DNA of 62,258 nt, counting the filler, from Candidatus Omnitrophota bacterium (lineage in GTDB: Bacteria > Omnitrophota > Gorgyraeia > JAGLLT01): NCBI GenBank assembly GCA_023140385.1. It is 5 parts of 5 records of this genome, joined end to end, with 100 filler letters (N's around TTAATTAATTAA, not from the genome) between each part and the next. Parts side by side here need not be neighbours in the genome. Positions count along the whole stretch, not along the records: positions 1 to 18,308 come from JAGLLT010000019.1; 4 more parts are not named here. The stretch is one strand, 5' to 3'. How positions within the stretch are numbered: the stretch's first letter is position 1; every line of letters begins with the position of its first letter. Below the pieces are notes generated by a model. It was not told the origin of the DNA. It saw only the letters and a list, made by a program, of their open reading frames with translations, and did not search any database. The position numbers and the translations under genes were made by a program. Below are positions 1-9,906 of this stretch, piece after piece.

Positions 1-505
1 GCTTTAACCAAAGCACCAACCTGTTGATTGTTAAAATGGATATTATTGAAGAGCAGATTACTCCGCAAAAAATGGCAAAAAAGGCATAGCGAAATTTAAT
101 TTTAAAAAGGACGGCCGTCACACACCCTGTCCAAGCGCCTGTAATCGGAAGCGGTACGCTGACAAAAAGCATTAATCCCAGGGCTTCGTACCTTTCAACC
201 AGATAAGCTTTTTTCCTCGTACGTTCAAATAGCCTGTCAAAAAATCTTCGCCACAGCACAAAGTGCCTTAACTTTTCTGAAAGCGGTTTAAAAAGAAACA
301 GAAGCGGGGCCACGGGAATCATATTAGCCAGCACGCATATTATAAAAGCTCTTGATACGCTTAGCTCCAGCCAGGCATGCGCTATAGGAATGGCATACCT
401 TGCCTCAACTATCGGCAAAGCGGCCAGGACTGCCGCTATTAATTCCTTGGAACTAATGTTTAAGGTTAAATAATTATATATAAAGGGAATAATGTTTTCC
501 GTCAT
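1..505 (-). CDS. small multidrug export family (COG2426-like) membrane protein, runs off window edge
   Basis: Absent from the ORF track. Manual translation from ATG at 505 gives MTENIIPFIYNYLTLNISSKELIAAVLAALPIVEARYAIPIA..., which is hydrophobic and has the LPxxExRxAIP motif. The start overlaps the pcm stop. Confidence 0.75.
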   Translation of the reverse strand, partial: MTENIIPFIYNYLTLNISSKELIAAVLAALPIVEARYAIPIAHAWLELSVSRAFIICVLANMIPVAPLLFLFKPLSEKLRHFVLWRRFFDRLFERTRKKAYLVERYEALGLMLFVSVPLPITGAWTGCVTAVLFKIKFRYAFFAIFCGVICSSIISILTINRLVLWLK

Positions 506-1152
506 CTTTCATTCGTCCATCCGTATTCACCTACCATAGGAACAAAAACACACCCGCATATCTCTTTCCTCTCTACAACACCGCCTTTTTTTACCAGCTT
601 CAACAAAGTCTGTGAATACATACTCCCCACCGGAATAACCAGCCTTCCGTTTTCATTTAACTGTTCGAGTAAAGGCTCAGGAACTTTTGGCGCCGAGGCC
701 CCGGCCAAAATCGCGTCAAAAGGAGCCTGCTCCTCCCAACCTATAGAACCATCGGCTATTTTAACCGTTACGTTTTTAATTTCTAAATCCCCTAAGACCT
801 TCTGCGCTTTTTTAGCTAACTCCGGAAATCTTTCTATGCTATAAACTTCCCGGCACATCATAGCCAGAATCGCGGTCTGATAGCCGGAGCCGGTGCCAAT
901 TTCTAAAACCTTATCAGCAGGACTAAGTAAAAGCGACTCTGTCATTAGAGCCACTATATAAGGTTGAGAAATAGTCTGCCCGTTTCCAATGGGAAGTGGA
1001 TGATCTTCATAAGAGTTATCTAAATATTTATCATCAACAAATAATTCACGCGGTACTTTTCTAAATATATCGAGGGTTCTTTTATCCCTGATGCCCCGGG
1101 ATATTAATTGTTGCTCCACCATTTTAGTTCGTAAGACATTAAAGTTGTTCAT
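502..1152 (-). CDS. pcm: protein-L-isoaspartate O-methyltransferase
   Basis: GQTISQPYIVA and VLEIGTGSGYQTA motifs, C-terminal FVPM. Confidence 0.95.
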   Translation of the reverse strand: MNNFNVLRTKMVEQQLISRGIRDKRTLDIFRKVPRELFVDDKYLDNSYEDHPLPIGNGQTISQPYIVALMTESLLLSPADKVLEIGTGSGYQTAILAMMCREVYSIERFPELAKKAQKVLGDLEIKNVTVKIADGSIGWEEQAPFDAILAGASAPKVPEPLLEQLNENGRLVIPVGSMYSQTLLKLVKKGGVVERKEICGCVFVPMVGEYGWTNER

Positions 1153-1814
1153 CTTTTTAAGGAAATACTTATAAGAAGCCTTATGAATCTAAGGGTATCT
1201 ATGAAAGGGTTAATATAACTTATTTCTTTGCTGTACACAGCGGTTACGGGAATAGAATCTATCTTAAATCCCGCTCTGGAGGCCCTGATTAGAAGCTCAG
1301 ATTCAATCTCATAATTGGATGAGGTAAGTTTAATTTGCCTCAAGACTTTTTTTGCTATAAATCTGAAGCCGCACTGAGTATCCGGAATCTCCTGCCCGCA
1401 GATAAAAGAGACCATTTTAGACATGACCTTATTGGTCATATTTCTTATCCGAGGCATGTTCGCGGCATTCTCCATCCTATTTCCCACAATAACGGGAGCG
1501 CCGGAGGCCTCATAAGAACTTATAAAATTACGTATCTCTTCCGGCCTGTGCTGGCCGTCAGAATCCATAATAATTACCGCTTCGTAATCTTTACCGGCAA
1601 TATAATTAAGGCCAAACCGTATAGCTGCCCCTTTGCCTCTATTAACCCTATAGCTAAGAACAAAAGCTCCCGCCTTCTTAGCCAGGGCGGCACTCTCATC
1701 CGCCGAGCCGTCATCAACAACTACAACATCTTCAATGAACTTCTTAGTTTTATATATCAAAGCCTCTATGTATTTTTCTTCATTATAAACAGGTATTAAG
1801 ACCACGCTGCGCAT
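1149..1814 (-). CDS. GT2 family glycosyltransferase (polyprenol-phosphate glycosyltransferase-like)
   Basis: IPVYNEE, VVDDGSAD, NRGKG, DSDGQH and DTQCGFR motifs. Confidence 0.88.
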   Translation of the reverse strand: MRSVVLIPVYNEEKYIEALIYKTKKFIEDVVVVDDGSADESAALAKKAGAFVLSYRVNRGKGAAIRFGLNYIAGKDYEAVIIMDSDGQHRPEEIRNFISSYEASGAPVIVGNRMENAANMPRIRNMTNKVMSKMVSFICGQEIPDTQCGFRFIAKKVLRQIKLTSSNYEIESELLIRASRAGFKIDSIPVTAVYSKEISYINPFIDTLRFIRLLISISLKR

Positions 1815-1818
1815 ATCT

Positions 1819-2688
1819 TTAAATAACCCATATTTTATGAAACATCAGCCATTGAGTAAGATGTTTCTTTATTTGCTCTTCAATTATATCAATGGTTTTT
1901 CGCATCATGATGGGCACTTCAATCTCTTCATCCTGAGAGAGATTGGGTCTAATGGGTTCTTTAAAATTAAGTATGAAACTGTTATCAGGCTCTCTTGTAA
2001 GGAACACGGGCACTATGGGTGACTGCGTCCTATAGCTGAAAACCGCCGACCCTTTGGGCATCAGAGTGTTTTTGCCAAAAAATCTCATCTTCAAACCGCC
2101 GCCGAAATAATCTTTGTCGCCTATTGAGGCAAGTATTCTTTTGTCTTTTAACGCCTGAAAGCATTCTTTTACAGCCATGCCGGTATGAATAACACTTATA
2201 CCGTTGAGCGCTCTTTTTTTATTAAAAAACTCATTAACTCCCCTCGCCCTGTGCTCCAAGGTCAGGGCGCTGACAGGATAACCCAGAGCGGAGATGACCG
2301 CCGCGCCCAGTTCCCAGTTACCTATATGAGCGCTAAGAGATATAAGCCCCTTGCCCTCTTTTGCAACCCCGTCAATAATCTCCAATCCTTTTATTTTAAC
2401 TTTCTTTGCTATAAACTCCTTGTCTATTTTTGAGAAACTAAAGAACTCCACCAGATACTTGCCAAAATTTATATAAACCTCTTTGGTCAGCTTCTTTATC
2501 TTCTCCTCATCAAAACTTTCACCCTTTGCCCTGAGGATAGTTTTAAGATTATCAGCAATTATTTTTTTGTCGCGGAGTGAAAGCTGATATCTAAGAAACG
2601 CGATCTTTTCAGCTAAAGAATAGGCTTGTCTAAGAGAGAGAGTTCCGACGACAAATTGCCCTATATTATATATTGAATCTGCTATCAT
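1819..2688 (-). CDS. LpxL/HtrB-family lysophospholipid acyltransferase
   Basis: SAHIGNWEL motif, FFGK, C-terminal QWLMFHKIW. Confidence 0.85.
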   Translation of the reverse strand: MIADSIYNIGQFVVGTLSLRQAYSLAEKIAFLRYQLSLRDKKIIADNLKTILRAKGESFDEEKIKKLTKEVYINFGKYLVEFFSFSKIDKEFIAKKVKIKGLEIIDGVAKEGKGLISLSAHIGNWELGAAVISALGYPVSALTLEHRARGVNEFFNKKRALNGISVIHTGMAVKECFQALKDKRILASIGDKDYFGGGLKMRFFGKNTLMPKGSAVFSYRTQSPIVPVFLTREPDNSFILNFKEPIRPNLSQDEEIEVPIMMRKTIDIIEEQIKKHLTQWLMFHKIWVI

Positions 2689-2716
2689 AAGCCTACCGCT
2701 GATCAGAGCCCATTGC

Positions 2717-3901
2717 TTAGTCTTCCATTTCCAGAACTTTTTTAATTCGATCTAAGGCCATCTTCAACCTTTGCTCATTATCAACTAAGGCAAATCTGAC
2801 ATAACCTTCACCGTACTCGCCAAAGCCCGTTCCCGGGGCAACAACAACACCCGCCTCTTTTACTAAGAGAGTGACAAATTCCATAGAAGTCAGCGCGTTG
2901 TATTTCATAGGTATATGCGCCCAGATATAAAATGTTGCCTTAGGCTTTTTTACCGGCCAGCCAATTTTATTAAGGCCGTCAATAAACAAATCCATCCTTC
3001 TCTTGTATGTCTCAACCGTTTTTTTAACACAGTCCTGAGGGCCGGTTAAAGCCTTAATACCCGCGTGCTGAACGGCCCTGAAGATGCCAAAATCCATATA
3101 GCTTTTAGTTTTAGCGAGAGACTTAAGAATGTCTTTATTGCCTACAACAAATCCCAACCTCCATCCCGCCATATTATAGGACTTGGAAAGGGTGTGAAAT
3201 TCTATACCCATCTTTTTAGCGCCTTTTACCTCAAGGAGGCTCGGCGCCTTATAGCCGTCATAGACAATGTCAGAATATGCCAGGTCATTAACCACGATAA
3301 TGTCTTTGTTTTTTGCCCAGTTAACCACATATTTAAAAAAATCAAGATCTACTGTGGCCGTTGTGGGATTATGCGGATAACCCAGACATAGTATCTTTGA
3401 CATCTTAATTATATCTTTACTTAAACCTTTAAGTTCGGGTTTAAAATCATTTTCTTCCGTCATCGGCAGATTATATAAAATGCCTCCTGCCATAATAACA
3501 CCGTTAAAATGAACCGGGTAGGCCGGATTGGGCACCAGGACAATGTCATCATGATTGAGGAAGGTTAAATAAAGGTTAGCAATGCCTTCCTTGGAACCGA
3601 TAAGAGGCAAAACCTCGCTTTCAGAGTCAAGGTCTACATTAAATCTTCCTTTATACCAGTCCGCGATCGCTTTCTTAAGTTTTTTTTCCACTTCTCCGTG
3701 AGGCCGGGAATAACGCTGATTGCAATCAACGCGCGCCTGCTTGGTAAGCTCCTCTACGATATGCTTTGAAGTGGGAAGGTCGGGATTGCCCATACCCAAA
3801 TCTATAACATCTACTCCTTTTTCTATAGCCTCCTGCTTAAGGTTATCTATAACAGTAAAAAGGTATAAAGGCAGCCGCTTTAATCTATTTGCTTCTTGCA
3901 T
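2717..3901 (-). CDS. PLP-dependent class I/II aminotransferase (LL-diaminopimelate/AlaC-like)
   Basis: DLGMGNPD, GSKEG, YPHNPT, DLAY, and TLSKSYNMAGWRLG containing the PLP lysine. Confidence 0.88.
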   Translation of the reverse strand: MQEANRLKRLPLYLFTVIDNLKQEAIEKGVDVIDLGMGNPDLPTSKHIVEELTKQARVDCNQRYSRPHGEVEKKLKKAIADWYKGRFNVDLDSESEVLPLIGSKEGIANLYLTFLNHDDIVLVPNPAYPVHFNGVIMAGGILYNLPMTEENDFKPELKGLSKDIIKMSKILCLGYPHNPTTATVDLDFFKYVVNWAKNKDIIVVNDLAYSDIVYDGYKAPSLLEVKGAKKMGIEFHTLSKSYNMAGWRLGFVVGNKDILKSLAKTKSYMDFGIFRAVQHAGIKALTGPQDCVKKTVETYKRRMDLFIDGLNKIGWPVKKPKATFYIWAHIPMKYNALTSMEFVTLLVKEAGVVVAPGTGFGEYGEGYVRFALVDNEQRLKMALDRIKKVLEMED

Positions 3902-3916
3902 AACGTTTTCCTTTCA

Positions 3917-4156
3917 TTAAGTCTCAATAAGAGCTATGGTCTCATTTATTTGAATTTCATCGCCCTCTTCAAAAAGTACTTTTATCAACTTGCCGCTTAC
4001 AGGAGACGGAACATTGAAGGTGGCTTTCTCGGTAATTACTTCTACCAGGTCATCTTTTTCGTTTACCTTCTCTCCCACTTCATAGTGCCAAAAGGAAATC
4101 GCGGCCTTTTCAATACCCTCTCCTAACTCCGGTAACTTCACTTCACGCTGCACCAT
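3917..4156 (-). CDS. stand-alone lipoyl/biotin-carrier domain protein
   Basis: 79 aa with LPELGEG...EVITEKATFNVPSPVSG lipoyl-domain signature and a GGAGGT RBS. Confidence 0.85.
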   Translation of the reverse strand: MVQREVKLPELGEGIEKAAISFWHYEVGEKVNEKDDLVEVITEKATFNVPSPVSGKLIKVLFEEGDEIQINETIALIET

Positions 4157-4206
4157 TCTATACCTCCAATGATAAAATAATAAACCACTAAAGCTAAAAC
4201 TTCAAG

Positions 4207-4866
4207 TTAATTTTTACTGTTATACGCCCGGTTAAAAACCACCATAAAAATTTCCGCCAACTCCTTCTTTATTTTAGCGTTATCCGGCTTCTTATTTAAT
4301 AGCTTACACATGGAGGTCATTATTTCCGGGTTAAATCCACAGGGCATTATCAAAGAAAACAACCACATGTCCATATCAACATTTAAAGCGGCGCCATGAA
4401 AAGTTATCCATTTACTTATACCTATACCGATAGAGACAACCTTCCTATCTCCTACCCAAATCCCTCTCTGAGCGGACAGAGTACGCGCTTTAAGGCTGTA
4501 ACGGTTTAATAACTCCACAAACACAGCTTCTAACTTATCCAAATAAAAACGTATATCCCTGCCAAAAACCTTTAAATCGATGATGGGATAAATGACTATC
4601 TGCCCCGGCCCATGGCAAGTTGCCCCGCCGCCCCTGTCAATAGTTATAAAAGGTACCTTCTTTGACTTTAAAACATCGGGATTTACAATATCACTTTTCT
4701 TGTGCGCCCGCCCTACCGTAATAACAGATGGGTGTTCAACAAAAATTAAAGTATCATTAACTTCGCCGCGTTGTCTTTTAAGATGAGTTTCTTTCTGAAC
4801 AGCGTAGGCCTCGCGGTAATTCATAAGCCCGAGGTCAACAATGTCAATCTGTTTCAAATATACCAC
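4207..4866 (-). CDS. lipB: lipoyl(octanoyl) transferase
   Basis: EHPSVITVGR, DRGGGATCHGPGQ, TFHGAALNV and PCG motifs. Confidence 0.92.
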   Translation of the reverse strand: MVYLKQIDIVDLGLMNYREAYAVQKETHLKRQRGEVNDTLIFVEHPSVITVGRAHKKSDIVNPDVLKSKKVPFITIDRGGGATCHGPGQIVIYPIIDLKVFGRDIRFYLDKLEAVFVELLNRYSLKARTLSAQRGIWVGDRKVVSIGIGISKWITFHGAALNVDMDMWLFSLIMPCGFNPEIMTSMCKLLNKKPDNAKIKKELAEIFMVVFNRAYNSKN

Positions 4867-4938
4867 CTCAACCGTTGCCTAAAAAGTTATCTCAGGACAA
4901 ACTATACTTTACCGGATACAGCCCGTAAAAAAACGCGG

Positions 4939-6615
4939 TTACATTTTAACAGGAGAAGATACGCCCAAGAGGTTTAATCCTTTATGGAGTACGTTCCTTA
5001 CCGCTTTAATCAGCTTCAGCCTTACCGCTGTCATGGCTAAGTCATCGCTTAACACACGGTTTTTTTGATAAAAGGAATGAAAAGCGTCTGCCAACTGCCT
5101 GAGATAGACAGTCAAATAATAAGGCTCGAAACTCGCGGCACTTGACTCTAATACGGCCGGAAATTCAATCAAGGTCATTATCAGATTAAGCTCTTCAGGT
5201 TTATCGAGTAAGGCGTATTTGCATCTTGGAAGCTTTTTAGCTTCCTTTTTCTCTAATTCAATAATACCGGAAATTCTTGCGTAGGCATATTGAATATAAT
5301 AAACAGGGTTATCCATCGACCTTTTCTTAGCAAGTTCTAAATCAAAGTCAAGATGACTGCTTCTCTTTCTCATAAGAAAGAAAAAGCGGGCGACATCTTT
5401 ACCCACCTCTTGAGTCAACTCTTTCAAGGTTATATATTGGCCCTTTCTGGTTGACATTGAAACAGGCCTGCCGTTTTTATAAAGGGTAGCCAACTGTATA
5501 ATCAGTATCTCCAGAAAACCTTCAGGCGCTCCTAATGCCGATACCGCCGCCTGAAGCCGAGCTATATAGCCATGATGATCCGGCCCCCAGATATTTATCA
5601 CTTTTCCGAACTTTCTCTCCAATTTATTTTTATGGTAGGCTATATCCGGAGCCAGATAAGTATATTCACCGCTGCTTTTTCGAATCACCCTGTCTTTATC
5701 ATCGCCAAAGCGTGTTGACTTAAACCAGAGAGCATTATCCTTTTTGTAAATTAAACCCTTTTTCTTAAGCTCCTTGATTACCTGGCCTATTTTATCCGCC
5801 CTTGATAATTTTTTTTGCGAGAACCAGACATCCATATGCACACCCAGCGCTTCTAAATCCTCTTTAATTTCATCCATTATTCTCTTAACACTAAACATCG
5901 ATACTATTTTTAAGGTATTAAGCTTTTTTTTATCCAGAGAGTTTTTGTTGAACTTATTCGTAAATTTTCTGGCGATATCAATAATATAGGCACCCTCATA
6001 GCCATCTTCCGGCAACGATGCCTCCTTACCCTGAAGCTCAAGGTATCTGGCCATCACCGATTTACCAAGGGCGTCTATCTGATTTCCTTCGTCATTTATA
6101 AAGTACTCTCTGGTTACTTTATATCCGTGGAAATTTAAAATGCCGGCTATCGCGTCTCCTACCGCCGCCTGCCGGCCATGGGCAATGCTCAGCAAGCCCG
6201 TAGGATTAGCACTGACAAACTCAATCTGAACCTTCATGCCTTTGCCGGAATTAGAGGATATAAACTTATTGGGAGAATCAGCAATAACTCTCAAGAGCCT
6301 GTATAGAAAATTCCTGGTATAGAAAAAATTTATAAAACCGGGTTTTCTTACCTCAACTTTCATAATACGGTTCTGGAGTTTGCTTTTTTTTAGGCGGGCT
6401 GATAAGCTTTCACAAATAAGCTCAGCTGTCTTTAGAGGGCTTTCCTCAACAAGAGACGATATCTGAAAAGCCGCGTTTGTAGAGAGATGACCGTTATTTC
6501 TATCTTTAGGAATGTCTAAGTGGACACGAAGTGGTCTGTCTTTTAAAGACGGAAAGCTACTAAGGATGGATTTATTTATCGAAACAATGAGGTCTTTCTT
6601 TAACTTTTTTAACAC
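4939..6615 (-). CDS. argS: arginine--tRNA ligase
   Basis: EFVSANPTG, GPDHHGY, MSTRKG and NPVYYIQYAYARI motifs. Likely GTG start at 6615. Confidence 0.95.
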   Translation of the reverse strand: MLKKLKKDLIVSINKSILSSFPSLKDRPLRVHLDIPKDRNNGHLSTNAAFQISSLVEESPLKTAELICESLSARLKKSKLQNRIMKVEVRKPGFINFFYTRNFLYRLLRVIADSPNKFISSNSGKGMKVQIEFVSANPTGLLSIAHGRQAAVGDAIAGILNFHGYKVTREYFINDEGNQIDALGKSVMARYLELQGKEASLPEDGYEGAYIIDIARKFTNKFNKNSLDKKKLNTLKIVSMFSVKRIMDEIKEDLEALGVHMDVWFSQKKLSRADKIGQVIKELKKKGLIYKKDNALWFKSTRFGDDKDRVIRKSSGEYTYLAPDIAYHKNKLERKFGKVINIWGPDHHGYIARLQAAVSALGAPEGFLEILIIQLATLYKNGRPVSMSTRKGQYITLKELTQEVGKDVARFFFLMRKRSSHLDFDLELAKKRSMDNPVYYIQYAYARISGIIELEKKEAKKLPRCKYALLDKPEELNLIMTLIEFPAVLESSAASFEPYYLTVYLRQLADAFHSFYQKNRVLSDDLAMTAVRLKLIKAVRNVLHKGLNLLGVSSPVKM

Positions 6616-6979
6616 TTTCTTCAGTAAGCATATCCTTGGGGGCATCAGCCCAGAGGCGCTCGAGATTATAAAAATCCCTTAATTCACTTTTAAATACATG
6701 AACCACAACGTCATAACAGTCAAGTAAAATCCAACTTGCTTCATTATAACCTTCAACATGCCAAACTTTTAACGCGGATTTCTTCAAGTCATGAGCTATA
6801 CTACCTGCTATAGCCTTTACTTTTCTTTCAGTGTTTCCACTGCAAATAAGAAAAAAGTCGCATACCATAGACAATTTTTTCATATTCATTATGACTATGT
6901 TATCGGCTTTTTTCTCTAAGGCCGCTTTGGCAATAATTAAAAGCTTATCTTGTGTACTCTGTGAGCTTTTGCGCCTCAT
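6572..6979 (-). CDS. rsfS: ribosome silencing factor
   Basis: EKKADNI, WILLDCYDVVVHVF and RDFYNLERLW motifs. Confidence 0.92.
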   Translation of the reverse strand: MRRKSSQSTQDKLLIIAKAALEKKADNIVIMNMKKLSMVCDFFLICSGNTERKVKAIAGSIAHDLKKSALKVWHVEGYNEASWILLDCYDVVVHVFKSELRDFYNLERLWADAPKDMLTEESVKKVKERPHCFDK

Positions 6980-6999
6980 TAATTATTTTCGTATAAATC

Positions 7000-7143
7000 C
7001 TATTTATTGCCCATAATTCTAAACATAGATGTTCCGCAATCAGGGCACTTGCCCTTCATAGCCTTGCGGCCGTTCTTCATTGTAACTTCTTGAGCTTCCT
7101 GCATTTCTTTCTTAGCCTTACACTTAACACAATATGCTTCCAT
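7000..7143 (-). CDS. small zinc-ribbon protein (DUF5679-like), 47 aa
   Basis: MEAYCVKCK...MKNGRKAMKGKCPDCGTSMFRI. ATG at 7143 follows a GGAGGTG RBS, so the track start at 7248 is too early. Confidence 0.8.
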   Translation of the reverse strand: MEAYCVKCKAKKEMQEAQEVTMKNGRKAMKGKCPDCGTSMFRIMGNK

Positions 7144-7168
7144 AAACACACCTCCTGACGTTTTTTTT

Positions 7169-7197
7169 AGTGTATCATATACGTAAGTTAAAGTCAA
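7169..7197 (-). promoter_or_regulatory. sigma70-type promoter for the small zinc-ribbon gene and rsfS-argS
   Basis: TTGACT-17 nt-TACACT on the minus strand. Confidence 0.6.
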
Positions 7198-8318
7198 ATG
7201 CTTTTTAAAACAATGTTTGCTATCAGAGAAGAAGCGTCCGGACGGCAAAACAACTTGGCTCTTTTAGATAAATCATTCAACTTCTCAGGATGCCCCAGTA
7301 AATCGCTCACCACACTGCTTAACTGCCGAATAGACCTTGCCTCAACCGCCGCCCCGCCTTTTATTAAAAACCTGCAATTTCTTGTCTCCTGCCCGCCAAT
7401 AAAATTATGAAGCACCATCGGCAGGTTTTTTACCAACGCTTCTGTTACCGTTATGCCGCCCGGCTTAGTAATTAAAAGATCAGACGCGTCCATAATTTCG
7501 TCAATATTATCAACATATCCATAAACCGTAAGAGGCTTGCTTAACTTCTTAGAAAGCGTCTCTAGCTTTTTCTTTACTTTCATATTTCTGCCCGCAAGCA
7601 CCAGTATCCGGCACTTCTCCTTTATTCTGTTTATACACCGAACTACTTTTTGTACCGGCCCCAAGCCAAGACTACCGCTCATTATCGAGACAACCGGCAG
7701 CTCCTTATCAATACCAAGTTTTTTTTTCGCGGCAGCTTTATTCGTCTTACGGTTAAAGGAGGGGCTTACAGGGATTCCCGTAACTTTGATCTTAGCCGCG
7801 GAAACCCCCCTTTTGCTCAACTTCTTCTTTATTTCGGATGTCGCCACCATATAATAATCCACATTATCATAAATCCAGTATGAATGCACATCATAATCAG
7901 TAATTACAGCCGCGATCTTAAAAGGAATATCGGTGGTTCCTTTCAGCTTGGAAATTATTCCACAGGGAAGCGCCTGGGTACATATTGCCACATCCGGCCG
8001 AAAGCGGCAAAAAAGCTCCCTAAATTTATTCTGATTAAAGTGCTGGATGGCCATTTTCAGGCGGCTGGTTCCCCTATATACCCTTTGATTATCCCACAGA
8101 TAATCATAAATCCTATTGTTTCTTCTTACCAGACCAACATACGCCTTATGGGCAAGCTCGCCCAGCTTCGGTGAAATAAATCTAAGCGTTTCCACATCAA
8201 GGGTTTGCACATTATTATCCATGGCCCTCACTGCTTTTTCTACAGCCGAGGCGGCATACCAATGGCCGGAGTCTCTGGTGGAGTATAAAAAAATAAGCCT
8301 TTTTGCCGAATTAGTCAT
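7194..8318 (-). CDS. MGDG synthase/UgtP-like GT28 glycosyltransferase
   Basis: GH motif near the N-terminus, VITDYDVHSYW, TGIPV, ITKPGGITVTEA and GQETRN. Confidence 0.85.
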   Translation of the reverse strand: MTNSAKRLIFLYSTRDSGHWYAASAVEKAVRAMDNNVQTLDVETLRFISPKLGELAHKAYVGLVRRNNRIYDYLWDNQRVYRGTSRLKMAIQHFNQNKFRELFCRFRPDVAICTQALPCGIISKLKGTTDIPFKIAAVITDYDVHSYWIYDNVDYYMVATSEIKKKLSKRGVSAAKIKVTGIPVSPSFNRKTNKAAAKKKLGIDKELPVVSIMSGSLGLGPVQKVVRCINRIKEKCRILVLAGRNMKVKKKLETLSKKLSKPLTVYGYVDNIDEIMDASDLLITKPGGITVTEALVKNLPMVLHNFIGGQETRNCRFLIKGGAAVEARSIRQLSSVVSDLLGHPEKLNDLSKRAKLFCRPDASSLIANIVLKSI

Positions 8319-9315
8319 GCCAATCTCTTATCTCCCCCACTATCTCCTCCAAAAGGTCTTCAAGTGATATAAGGCCCACAACTTTATCATCATTGTCAAT
8401 AACCAGGGCTATTTGTATACGCTTCCTTTGAAAATCCTTAAGCAAGTCCATAGCAATTTTATCAGGCGGCACAAAATAGGCGGGCCTGACAAGGTCTCTA
8501 ATAACCAGTTTTTCATTGCTCTGCCATATCTTAAGCAGATCCCTGGCATACATCACCCCGATAACATTATCCAGTTTATCTTCATATACAGGAATACGGG
8601 CATAACCCTCCTGAATCAATAAATCTAACAGTTTCTTCGCGCCTAAGTTTACGTCCGCCGCGACTATCTCATCTCTCGGTATCATAATCCGGGAGACTTC
8701 TATGTCGTTAAATTCAAACACCCTATGGAGCATCTTACGTTCCTCGTTTTCAAGCGCCCCTTCTTCTTCCCCGACCTCAATCATTGTTTTTATCTCTTCT
8801 TCTGTAACAAGAACCGGGTTCCTTTTCGGGCCCGTCCCAAAACTTTTTTTAATAATAAAATTGCTAAACTTGGTAAAAACCTTCGATATGGGACTTAAGA
8901 TATTAATGATAAAGCGCATTACCGGGGCAACCGCGAATGAATACTTCTCTGAATGCTTGGCGGCAAAAATTTTGGGGGTAATTTCACTAAATATTAAAAT
9001 CAGGATGGTTACTACGACAGTGGAAGTAATAATGCCGATCTTAGGCCCAAGAAAGTAATAAAAGGCCGCGGCCGCGAGCGATGATATGGCGACATTAATA
9101 AAGTTATTACTGATTAAAATTGTAGATATCAACTGCTCGATATTAGCAATAAGCCGCTCAACCAACGCGGCCCGGCCTCTATCCTTTTTCGCCAAGTGCC
9201 TAAGGCGAATACGATTTAAGGAAAGAAAAGCCGTCTCTGAGCCGGACAAAAAAGCCGAAATGCCCAGTAAGGCCGTAATTGAACCTACTAAAAGAATAAA
9301 CGATACTATGTTCAT
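8311..9315 (-). CDS. CNNM/hemolysin (DUF21 + CBS pair) membrane protein
   Basis: SAFLSGSETA, FSEITPK, and a CBS pair ending SLEDLLEEIVGEI. Confidence 0.9.
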   Translation of the reverse strand: MNIVSFILLVGSITALLGISAFLSGSETAFLSLNRIRLRHLAKKDRGRAALVERLIANIEQLISTILISNNFINVAISSLAAAAFYYFLGPKIGIITSTVVVTILILIFSEITPKIFAAKHSEKYSFAVAPVMRFIINILSPISKVFTKFSNFIIKKSFGTGPKRNPVLVTEEEIKTMIEVGEEEGALENEERKMLHRVFEFNDIEVSRIMIPRDEIVAADVNLGAKKLLDLLIQEGYARIPVYEDKLDNVIGVMYARDLLKIWQSNEKLVIRDLVRPAYFVPPDKIAMDLLKDFQRKRIQIALVIDNDDKVVGLISLEDLLEEIVGEIRDWHD

Positions 9316-9329
9316 AACTTTAATCGCGG

Positions 9330-9905
9330 CTATACATTTTTATACAAGCCTTTTTCTTTAATATAACGGTAAACCTTATCTGAAACAAATTTATCATAAC
9401 TCCGGTTGCTTCTAATTAATTTACGGATTTTAGAGGAGGAAATGTCCAGGGCATTAATGTCAACAGTAATAACACCTTTTGGGCAATCGGAAGACTGAAA
9501 ATCAGGCCGCTTAACAAGTATAAACCCGGCCAGCTTACATATTTTATCAAAATCCTTCCACCTGCTCAACTCACAGTTTACATCAGAGCCGGCAATAAAA
9601 AAAAGCTCATCTTCTTTTTGAAGAGAGCCTTTCAGCGCCTCTAAAGTATCTACAGTGAAAGAAATCCCTCCCTTGTCAATTTCAAACCTGGACACTTCAA
9701 AGTTAACGCTATCTCCTGTAGCAAATTTCAGCATCTGATAACGATCCTCTCCCGGCGCCGATACCTTTTCCTGCCTTAAAGGAGCGCTTGCCGCCGGCAT
9801 AAAAATTACTTTGTCCAGAACCAGCTTTTTAATAACCTCTTTCGCTAAAAAGATATGCCCTAAATGAACCGGATCAAACGTTCCGCCTAATACACCTACA
9901 CGCAT
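9330..9905 (-). CDS. nadD: nicotinate-nucleotide adenylyltransferase
   Basis: GGTFDPVHLGH, ISSSKIR and YIKEKGLY motifs. Confidence 0.93.
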   Translation of the reverse strand: MRVGVLGGTFDPVHLGHIFLAKEVIKKLVLDKVIFMPAASAPLRQEKVSAPGEDRYQMLKFATGDSVNFEVSRFEIDKGGISFTVDTLEALKGSLQKEDELFFIAGSDVNCELSRWKDFDKICKLAGFILVKRPDFQSSDCPKGVITVDINALDISSSKIRKLIRSNRSYDKFVSDKVYRYIKEKGLYKNV

Positions 9906-9906
9906 T

